NCBI RefSeq assembly: GCF_964355755.1
Contig: NC_092673.1
Span: 19,837,648 to 19,901,647, forward strand
Reading direction: 5' to 3'
Source: Antedon mediterranea
Taxonomy: Eukaryota > Animalia > Echinodermata
Length of the DNA: 64,000 nucleotides
The notes under the pieces are model-generated. The model searched no databases. It was given only the letters and a program-made list of their open reading frames with translations, and had not been told where the DNA came from. Below are positions 37,583 to 49,200 of this stretch, piece by piece (within the stretch, counting starts at the first letter, position 1; each line of letters begins with the position of its first letter). A program made the translations under genes and the position numbers.

Positions 37583-38415
37583 ACTCAAAAGATGTGAGTC
37601 GTAGATCGTCTATTATATTATGAGCCGTACAGAAACTAGCAGAAAGCTAGATTGAGTGAAAGTAAAAAAGTGAAAAAAAAACCATTATTGAATGTGCGCA
37701 CATCCAACTAAAATAATACAAGTCTTGCAGAGGTGACCTTGACAACGAAGGATACACATTGATCTTGTCATAAAAAAAAGAATAAGATAAAAAAACAGTT
37801 ATCTGGAATATACCCCTTCTCCCCATTCCATCACAGTGATACTGTCAATTGGGATGCAGGGTCTGTCTTCTTTAAATCAAAACAGATTATACACTTACCT
37901 GTTCGTGAATCAAATATGTAGATGTAGGAGTCTATGTTTTTCTTTTCACATACAATTGTCTATTAATGACATTCATTTGCTTTTTTATACATATTTACAA
38001 TAAATTACAAATAAAACAAGTTTAAACAAATAGTTAATAGAGACATTGTTTGTTATAACTAAACCTTTATTAATAAACATTCTTTTTGTTTTTTATAAAT
38101 ACATAACATAATATATAAATACAATAAAATGGCCCTGTAAAGTTTATAATTCTATATAATACATATAATATCTTTCTTTTTCGGTTATTTTATAATTCAT
38201 AAATATTTTTTATAGTATATTTACATGTAGCACATCTTAAATTTTATACAATTAAGTAAATACAATTTTTTTTAAAGCGTAAAACAAATTGCATAGATTT
38301 ACAATGATAATAATAATAATGTATTTCATACTCCTGTGTCTTGATTTGTTTTATGTCTCATGGGTATAATGCTTATGTTCTCGTGCGTTAATCTTATAGG
38401 TTCCGTTACGGATTT

Positions 38416-38890
38416 TTGGTTATCCGCCTCAAGCGGATAAGCCCTTGTTATTGTAAGGATCTTTTTTTTTTTTTTTTTCTTTATTAGTTATCCACTTAGT
38501 AGCGGATAACTCCTTGTAATCGTCCTGTTTCATCATATTTTTTTTGTTGGTTATCCGCAACTAGTAAGTTGCGGATAACCCTTGTTATTAGTTATCCGCT
38601 TAGTAGCGGATAACTCCTTGTAATCGTCCTGTTTCATCAAATTTTTTTTGGTTATCCGCACTTGGCGGATAACCCCTTGTTATTGTCAGGATCTTTTTTT
38701 TGGTTATCCGCACTTGGCGGATAACCTCTTGTTATTGTCACGATCTTTTTTTTTTTTTTGGTTATCCGCACTTGGCGGATAACCCCTTGTTATTTTTTTT
38801 TGGTTATCCGCACTTTGGCGGATAACCCCTTGTTATTGTCAGGATCTTTTTTTTTTTTCTTTTTGGTTATCCGCACTTGGCGGATAACCT
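38416..38890 (+). repeat. Stack of nine Helentron left-terminal hairpins
   Basis: GTTATCC(G/A)C-loop-GCGGATAA at ~38418, 38488, 38549, 38591, 38650, 38702, 38760, 38802 and 38865, most followed by CCTTGT.AT and a T-tract. Confidence 0.9.
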
Positions 38891-41800
38891 CTTGTTATTG
38901 TCACGATCTTTTTTTTTTTTTTTTTTTTTTTTCTTTCTTATTCTTCTTTCTTTCCCAGAATTTTGTTGCGCGTGTATCTCTAAATGTTATCAACATAACA
39001 TTTTATAACTTTATCAGAAGATTGACCTCTATCTGAATATGTCGTAATAAGGTTTTTGGTCTCGTCCGAGTTGCGCAGCGTAAGTTACGCGCGATTTTGT
39101 GAATTTCGCATATTTACCATAGATCGAAAACCAAAAAACAATTTAAATTGAAACTTGGCAAAACTGTAATTAATATCCTGCGCTAACTTTCTATGGATTA
39201 AAAATGGCGGTTTTCACAGAAAATTACGTGCGCACGCGCGTTTAAAATTTCAAGATGCGAAAAATCAATTTCTAATCAACTTTCTACGCGTTTCAGGTCA
39301 TTTTGAGCATTTCAAAAATTCCCACACACGCGCAATTTTTTTACGCGCGCGTGCGCACGTAGCGCAAAAACATATTTGTTTTGGTTGATTTTTGTTTTTT
39401 CAGCCTTTTCTAGTAAATTTACCAATTTTCAATCAATTTCGACTTAAAATCACGTCATACGAGCACGTAGAATTGAATAATTTGCGCGCGTTTTTGATGA
39501 AAAAGTTCAAAAATTTGTGAAAATTATGCCTTTTTTTAAACAGTCATAGATTGTAAACTACGTGGTGAACTTTTTTAAAATTACATATTCTTGAAGTAGA
39601 TGAGTTGTAAATATCGAATCATGCATCGATATTGCTAACCGAACATTATGATGTCATCGTATGGCCACTCGAATATAAAATATAGGATTTTTTTCTCTTT
39701 CGTCATAGCTCATCACATTTAATAGAGCGCATCTCAACCTTTCCGTATTCCATTTCCCCCTAATTTTTTATATTGTCTAGGTCAATCAATGACCTTTCGC
39801 ATGATTTACAATTTGTAAAATGTTTATGACGGCATCATGTGCAAAAGCGTCAATAACTTTGGTCACTTATTTTCACCTATTCTGCACTGTATGTAGTACG
39901 TATACAGTATATATTGTATACTGTATATTCTTAGACGTGACACAAAATAGAGAGCTGACTATAATTTTTTTCAATTGCATAATCGTTTTTCTGTGTGCAA
40001 TATTCTAACGTATGATGTGCACGTGGCGTTTGCGCTGCGGTAAACCTGAATCAAATTTGTTAATTGTTTTCTTTTTTTTTTCTATTCTTCTTTCTTTCAA
40101 CGAATTTTGTTCACAGCGTATCTCTACTTCTGGTCAACATAAGATTGTATAACTTTGTCATAAGATTGACCTGTAGCTTTAGATGTGCAATGATGTTAGA
40201 GTCGCGCAGCGTAAGTTACGCGTGATTCTATGGAATTTTATGGTTGCTCATAAATTTTTAAGACAAAGTTATTTTTCAATGAAACATTACGAAAGTTTAT
40301 TTCATAATATTGTGCAACTTTTGAAATGATAAAAATGGCGTGCTACGCAAAAAATTTTGCGAGTACGAGTGAATTTTTAAAATGCGCAAAATTTATTTCT
40401 ATTTAATTTGCGTACATTTTAGATCATTTTGAGCTTTTCAAAATTGTCTAAATTGTTTGCGTTTTGTGCACGCACTTGTGCACACAGCTCGTACAAAGCG
40501 TAGAAAATGTGTTTTGCAATTGATTTTGTTCATATGCCTACGTTTTATAGTAGATTTCATTCATTTTCATGAATTTTTATTGCAAATTAACGATGCACGT
40601 GCATGTTAAAGTTTAGAAATCGTGTGCTAAAGAATGGGTAATATAATACAAATTTGTGCAAAAATATTCCTATTTTTATTCAGTTATAGCTCCTCAGGAT
40701 GGCAGGTTACCCCATCTATTTGTTATGTATTATGAAAGCTAATGAGTTGTAGATATCAATTAATGTACAATTTGTACCTAAAGGATGTTCTGACGTCACC
40801 ATATGGCCACTAAAATTTTGAAAATAGATTTTTTTCTCTTTTGTATTAGTTAATCCCATTTAACAGAGCGCATCTCACTAATGCGTTTCTATGTTCTTTA
40901 CAAATCAATTTTCTTCCACACATTAGTTAACAAAGTGACCCACGTGATTAAAACTTATGGAAATGGTTGAATTGTGGTTTCATGACGTCATCATATGGCC
41001 AGTTAAATTTAAATAGTCATATTTTTAACTCTTTCCTAAAACTTAATCGTGTTTAAAATAGAGCGCATCTCAGCTTAACGATCCCAAAATTCTTCAAATT
41101 TGTATTGACGTGTAATTATTTAGATAATTAAATTATATAACATATACAGTGTATTCTGTAATATGCTGTCAGCACTGTAAATATATTTATGTCACTCATA
41201 GGATGGCATAATAATTGCCAGCGTGCCCAAAATTCTTCAACTTCTAAGAATGTAATTATTACATAATTGTTCTCTAAAATTGTTACTTTTATGTTTTATG
41301 TTGATGACGTCATTTAAATTGGAATAAGAATATGGGTCTCGTAATTTTTTTATGCTTCACTGTATCTAAATATAGACGTATGACACAAAATAGACACAAT
41401 TCATTAAAATCGTTTTTAAAAGACCGCGCCTCTCACTTTTACCTGCCTGAATTTCCTCAAAATGTCAACATTTTGTTGCTCATAAAAATGTTCCTGTCGG
41501 ATGCTGCAAGGTCATGCTATGGGGTCATGCTATAAGGTCATCCTATGGCTAGTAATTGGAAAGGTAATTGGAAAGGTAGGATATTTGTTTGTTGTTGGCA
41601 TAGTTCATCACTTCAACATATTACGCATCTCAGTTGTACGTGCCAAATTTAATTATATTATTTATATTATATTATTTAATTATGTTATCGTTGAGATGAA
41701 TTATTTTCCGAAAATGGACATACTTTTATGTTTCATTTTGATGACATCAAACATTGTTTTTCCCGTAATTTTAGGTCACACCATAATATAAAACAGTACA

Positions 41801-42401
41801 ACCAGTTACATGTGTGAATAATAATAATACCATTTCTTGTCTCCTCTGCTCTGTGATTTGATCTAATGGATTACTGAAATTTATCTCAGTTACCAGTGGA
41901 ACTTGCTCCAATAGATATAACATTTCTGATAAAACTAATATTATCACACCATAACTGTTAAAGATAATCTTTTATTTCAAACAAATTGAAGAAAACACAC
42001 AAATCTGTATAAAATGTATACCGGTATTTATATAAGCTTTCATTGGTTATTGCAAATGATACAAAATTTTCAACATTATAGTAGGCTGTTTATACTATAC
42101 AGTAGTTCATCAACCTTTTGGTGATCAGTAATTTTACTTAGTACATTATTTACATGGTAATTTGTTAGTTGAGGATTCATTAAACGCATATTTATTGATC
42201 TATTTATAGAAGATTATTATTTTTTAACAATCATCAATATGATTAATAATTTAATCATTTGCCGAGTTTAGACAATAATTGTTATGAAAGAATGACTGCA
42301 TTAGTGGATGCCTAAAACTCCGGTTCCCATTATAATTGAAGAGATGAAACCATTCCATTGAACACCTAAAAACCAAAACAAAATAAATTAATTATTCTTG
42401 C

Positions 42402-43090
42402 AAATGAGTAGATTACTGTATTAGTAATTCATGTGGACCTGTATTGATAGAAAAAAAAATGAAATTATGTATAGAATGAAGTATTGGTAATCGTATAAAA
42501 TAAAACGTATTTTCTTCTTCTGTAAACTTTTTATTTTCAACTTTACTTGAATACCGGTAGATATTGAAAGATTTTTATCTGCACAGATTGCAACATTGCA
42601 TATTCAAATTCAGAACAATATTTATAATAATATAACTCACATAAAAACAAGATTAAAATGTGATTACTCACCAGATATTGTTTCTCCTATACAGGAGAAT
42701 GACATGGGTTGAAATTACAGATTATTCGCTGCCCCTCTTGCATCGATAATAAATTGATTATTTTTCCAAATGAGTAGATTACTGTATTAGTAATTCATGT
42801 GGACCTGTATTGATAGAAATGTATAGAATGAAGTATTGGTAATCGTATAAAACAAAACGTATTTTCTTCTTCTGTGAAACTTTTTATTTTCAACATTACT
42901 TGAATACTGGTAGATATTGAACGATTATTATGTACAGAGATTGCAACATTGCATATTCAAATTCAGAACAATATCTATAATAATATAACTCACATAAAAA
43001 CAAGATTGAAATGTGTTTAGACACCAGATATTGTTTTTCCTATACAGGAGAATGACATGGGTTGAAGTTACAGATTGCTCGCTGCCTCTT
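42402..43090. repeat. ~365-bp tandem duplication downstream of the Helentron ORF
   Basis: AAATGAGTAGATTACTGTATTAGTAATTCATGTGGACCTG recurs at 42402 and 42768. Confidence 0.9.
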
Positions 43091-43225
43091 GAGCATAGAG
43101 GGTCATAATGATTTTCAGCTTGTTTTTACCAAATTGGTTTTTTTTATTTCTATCCAGTTCTATTTTCAATTCCTAAAAAGTTTTTACAGAAATATAATTC
43201 AAATACTTAAAAACCATTGATGCAA

Positions 43226-46200
43226 TTAAAATTTAATTTGAATGGCTTCATGATAGCTATAATAAATTGGAATTACTTCAGCCTGTACTGAATCAAGACC
43301 TTTGCTATAAACATGATCAATCAATGTATTGTTTTCAGTAGTAGAACATGTAACATGTTGTTTGTACTCATTCTCTGCCATTAAATTATTCACTCTGGAA
43401 GATTGTTTGAAAAGATTTTCATTAAAATCACCCATTACAATACATTTTGTGCTCATTTTATGTAACTCTTCCAAATGTTTTCTCAAATTTTGACAGAATT
43501 GATTAATATCATAACTTGGGGGTCGATAAATTACTGACACGGCAACAGAAATCGGACTTGTTATTAAAAATGAAACTGCTTCTATATCATTATTACATAT
43601 GTTTAATCTGCTTGAAGACGTATTCTTTGCATACACTGCAACGCCACCATGAGCCTGATGTTTTATTTTGGAACTGAGATCATTTGTATTAGAATACGAA
43701 TCATACCTTGCTTGGTGATACAATTTATACGGCTCAATGCGTACGTCAAAAAAATCATCATCCTTGTTTAACCATGTTTCAGTTAGACATATGACATTAG
43801 AATTCATAAACAAATCATTACACTGAAGATCAACAAAATGTTGTTTAAGCCCTTGAATGTTATGTAACATTATTGAAAATCTAGAAGCCGAATCATGACC
43901 TTGTTTATCACATTGTACGTATGAATCCATATTATTTAAGCACTTCTTTATGTTTGGATCACAATAAATCAGACTAGGTTTAAAATTTTCAATAGTAAGT
44001 CCAGTTATTGAAGTAACACGACTGAGGCCTACATATGCTTGACCATGCGTAAAAGTATCTTTAAGGCAAACCACTGCTTTATCCATTGTCATTCCTTGCA
44101 CTTTATGAACTGTGCATGCATATGCTAATTTGAGAGGAAATTGTTTTCGACTGTATTTTTTCCCCATAGATTCTTTAAACATTTCAATTGCCTGAATACC
44201 AATGTCATTATTGTCAAATTTAACTTTAATAGATACTGGTTCGGTGTTATGATCAGGTTTGACTATTTCATCAACATGTCCCATACATCCATTCGTTAAG
44301 CCTTTTTTAACATCTACATTTTTAATCAACATCACTCTGGCATTAATTGCAATCCACAAATAATTTAGTAAACTAGTTTGACGTGAATTCCGAGGTTTGT
44401 CACAATTTTTGCTCTGTTTCTTGCTATTTACTACACTATCTTCTGCTTTAATGCATACAATGTCTGTACAGGTTTTGTGCAACATTTTTTTATTCCATTC
44501 ATCAACTTGTTTGTTGCGTGGGTAAATATGAATAGCATCTTCACATTCTTCACCTGTTTCACGTGATTTTAGAACTAATAAATCGTTATCAGACAAACAA
44601 TCATGTTTTTCTTTTGTACGCAATTTGTTTAACAATAAAGCAAATTCTTTATCTTCTTTTTGCCTCATGATTTGATCTAACTGTACTTGCTTAAAGTTAT
44701 CTATCCACAGTGAGCTTTCCAATGTGTCTTTATATAACGAACTGCCCATCACCGGGGGTAACTGATAAAAATCACCAACAGCAATTACTGAAATGTTACC
44801 AAATGGACTATCGTTGCGTACTTGTTTTATTTGCCTTAATCGTCCGTGGATATACCAAAGTAACCTTTGATTTACCATTGATATTTCATCTATAATAACA
44901 ATTTGCAACTGACCCAATTTATTACGAAGTGCACTTATTTTTTCTTCTCCAAGTGGTTGATACGGAAGTGAAATATTAATCGGGATAGACAAAGCGCTAT
45001 GAATTGTTTGGCCTTTAATATTATATGCTGCGATTCCTGTAGGAGCTAATTTCAATATTGACAAATCATCGGGATTTTCCATAATCTTTCCAAGAATACG
45101 TGTCGCTTCATTATAAATACAATTTACCAAATGACTTTTTCCTGTACCAGCGCCTCCAGTTATGAAAGTGTAAAATGCTTCAGGTTTTTTACCATTAACT
45201 TTGTCTAAACACCATTGTCTTGTCTTATAAAATATATGTTGTTGTTTTTCATTTAAAGATCGAATCATTTTATTCAATTCTGGTCTTGGAATATTAGATG
45301 AATTAGACTCTACTTTAGATGTATGATTTTTTTGAATTCCAAAATCTGGAATGAAAAATTCATCTTCTTCATCATCAACCTCTACATTTGGCTTTGGGTT
45401 GTCTAACCTTTCTTTTTCGCTTTCTGGACATAATAGGCTCCATGCATCTTCTTGTGGTCCAAATTTTGATAAACATTCCTGTGCTTCTTCAACTTCATCA
45501 GAACTTTTTTCATATTGTTCCATGTTTCCATGAACTATTGACTTTACCGTTTGTAATTGACAGCCACATAATTTCACACATCCTTTCTCATGAAATTGTT
45601 CATACGTTTCAAAATTTGGAGGTTTTAACTGTTCATCTTTTCGAAATGGTAGAAATAACTGAAGTACACTCAAAAAATATTTCTCAGGTGCTGTATCCAT
45701 TGGAAATCGAGGGTATCTTACTATAGCATTACTAGTTCGTGTTCTTTTTTGGATGAATCCCAGCTGTTTTTTTAACTGAAATACATTCTTTTTTTGTTTA
45801 TTTCCTTTCATTTCTGATGAACTCAATATTCTATATTCTGAACAAAATTTTGCCAGGCACATTTTATTAAATTCAGAACTATTAGGTCGAGCTTTATATT
45901 TGTCGATCTTACTTGGCAACCATGCACTTACATCATCATCTGCTTTGTTTTTAATTACACTTAGTGGTAAACTCATTCTGACAGGATTAGGTCCTACTGG
46001 GATAAATTCAACTTTTCTTGAACATTCTTTTAATCTTAAACTACAAACACGATAAATACTTTCTTGTGCAGACACTTCTCGGTTATTCATATAAACATTA
46101 CCAAGTTTTCGCAAACTTTGTCTAGCATCTTCATTGCCTTCTTTCACTTCTGATGCTGCATGAGATAAAAGTAAGCCCATTTCCCGTTCAGATTTCGACA

Positions 46201-49200
46201 TATATCCTATAACGTAAATAATACATGCATATACATTTGTAATATACTGAATATCCATATTAGCATTCCATGCTCTCAATAAGGAAGGATTATATTGATT
46301 TACCCACACATCTTGAGGGTTTCTCTTTATAACAATCTTTTCCTCAGTAGCTACACTATTATTTGCTTTCTCAAATGCACTCTGTGTAATACCTAAACTT
46401 TGAAAAAGTTCTATTGCATTTTTATATGTTTCTTCATTAGTCACAGCATCTTTTACTGAAGTTAATAGCTCCATTGCTTGTTTATTGTCATCATTATCAT
46501 CATTGTCTTTATCCACAATTGTAGGTCTCATAACAAATGTATTTCCAGAAGGTTGTCTAGGGAAGTTAAATCTGCAGTTTGTTCCCTTTTTTTTACATGA
46601 TTTAGAATGTCTTTTACTATGAATTTGCACACTTTTAACAATTTCATTCATTTCAGGATCTACAGTTTCACATGGCACAGCACAAGAAATATATTTATCG
46701 ACAAAATTAATAACTTCTTTATCTTTATCTGTACCAAAAATAGGAGCATTTTCAACCCATACTAACATATGAACATGTGGACTTCCTCTCATTTGAAATT
46801 CAATTCGGTAAAAATAATCTACGACTTTACCAATAGGCTGTGCTTCAGACAAAATTACATTTTTCAAAAAAGTATGAAAGCGTTTATCAAACATTCTGGC
46901 AACAGTCACTGGATTTGATTTCAACAAATTACATTTATCTGCCCATTCTAATTCTTCAATGTTTCTTTGGTCTCCAGACTGACTTAGCAATGTCGTCATT
47001 ATTTCTTTCCAACGGAAATCAGCACTTGAGAATGAAAGAAAGAATGTTGGTTTTCCAATCTGTCGAACCATTGCTATTATATCTTTTTGTGTAGCTTGCC
47101 AGTACGGTGGAGTTCCACGAATTTGTTTTAGAAATTTATAACCCCTATCAGATTTTAAAATTTCCTGAATTTTGGTAACATTTTTCAAATCGGATACAGT
47201 AACTTTGCTAAAATCATCCTTTTTACTTGACCCTTTTCGCAATGCAATGGAAATACTTGATAAAATTTGTTGAAGTTCATATAAAGATTGAGAATAAAAT
47301 ATGTATTCTGTGTTTTGTGCAAACCTGTTATCTATATGCATTAATCTATTATGAAAATAACGTCCGAGTGTTATTTTAACATCTCTCGTATCATGGAATG
47401 TTGGTTGGCCTGTTGGAAATAAAACTGGAAATGATTTTGCTTCATTGCTTTTATTACTTAATAATGCAATAGGGCTATTATTTTCACACGGTGCACAACA
47501 AATTATGTCATTAAAATATTCATCAACCAAATTTTGTCGCCTGTCAACAGGTTGGAGACTTGTATCAAAGATAGCACCGTACAATCGGTCTTCTACTTCT
47601 TCCTCTTCTTCTTCATTGTTTTCTACACATGTTTGATTTTCATGTACCTTAGTATTTGCATTTTCGCTGTTTTCTTCAGATAAATAATTATGCCAATCTT
47701 CATTAATAGCTATATCAAAATAGCACTTGTTATGATCTTGTAGAAATCTAAGAGCTTGAATAACATTGGCAGTATTAACAAATTTATATTTGTAATAACC
47801 TTTGTAAGACAACTTTCGCTTCAATTTTACAGATATTAATTGATCATCAACTTGTGGTCTAGGCAGCATTTTTACAGTTTCAATAGTATTTGAAGGTACA
47901 CATACAACAGGTCCATGTATTCCATGCTGTCCACCTTTAGGTAAATTCATTAATTTCATAAAAGGAATGTTTAATCCAATCAAATGCTGCTCTAAATTAT
48001 TTAAACACCTGAGCTCAGGAGGAATATCGTGTAGTTGTAAATTGTTTGAATTGGCTTCTGCAGGGACTTTCCCTTTTAACAATTTCCTGTGGCATGTAAA
48101 ACAAATCCATAAACGACATCTTGGTGATTCGATAAATTGACAAGGTTTATTACATTCATTGTTGCAAATATGCAAATACTTTTCATTTATACAAGCCTTA
48201 TTTTTGTACTTAGCTTTGGTACACTTCATAACTTGATCTTTGAATAACATTTTAAAGCATACACAACAAACATATTCAGGACCACGAGAAACTGTTTCCC
48301 TGAAATTTTCTAAAACAAACTCAAAATTGCTGTTTTCTTTTTTCTTTTTTTCCCTGTTTTTCATGTTTTTCTTCATAACATTTTTTCGGAACTCTTCGTC
48401 ACCATGATACTTTTCTGCAAATCTTTGCTTACACCTTTCCTTAATACTTTGACGAAATTTTAAATTACCTCGATATTTCTCTGCCAATTTTTGTTTACAC
48501 TTTTGTCGAAATTCCAAATTACTCCGATACTTATCTGCCAATTTTTGCTTGCAGTTTTGACGAAAGTTCAAATTTCTCCGATACTTATCTGCTAATTTTT
48601 GTTTGCAGTTTTGACGAAATTTCAAATTTCTCCGATACTTATCTGCCAATTTTTGTTTGCAGTTTTGACGAAATTTCAAATTACTCCGATACTTATCTGC
48701 CAGTTTTTGTTTGCAGTTTTGACGAAATTTCAAATTACTCCGATACTTCTCTGCCAATTTTTGCGTAACGTTTTTTCTGAATTTTGAATTATTACGATAC
48801 TTCGCTCCTAATTTTTGCTTCAAATTTTGTCTGAATTTTGAATCATTGTGATACTTTTCTGCATTTCTTTGTTTATTATTTTGTATAGTTTTATGTCTAA
48901 ATATTATATCATTATTGTATCTATTCTTCAATTTTTCTTTCAAATTTTGCGCAAATTTTTCATTACATTTATAATTTAACAGATTGTTGACTTGTTTGGT
49001 TGTTCGATAATCCAAATCAATATTGTAGTTATGTCTCGCTTTATTTCGTACTTTTATATTATATTCAGGTTCACATCTATACATTTTTTGTTGTCTTTCT
49101 TTGTTTTCCTTCCTTTTTTGGAATTTATAATCATCATCAGCATATCTTATTTGTTGTGCCTCTTTTACTTTACGTTTCTTTTCTTCTCTGTATACAGGAT

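Larger units (their letters stand above)
30877..37975 (-). pseudogene. Host gene copy B: EPTP/EAR repeat protein without MAM exons; 5' part not found
   Basis: Exons paralogous to copy A: ~37975-37899 (degenerate, INRQLYV / YIYIFDSRT), 36986-36675, 36345-36136 plus 31670-31649 (split by the LINE), 31140-30877 (ends NIYQWL*); same intron phases as copy A. Confidence 0.85.

Noticed and set aside
38416-38890. CRISPR-like palindromic repeat-spacer array
   Set aside because: The repeats are the Helentron sub-terminal hairpin, and the intervening pieces are related terminal sequences with T-tracts, not foreign spacers
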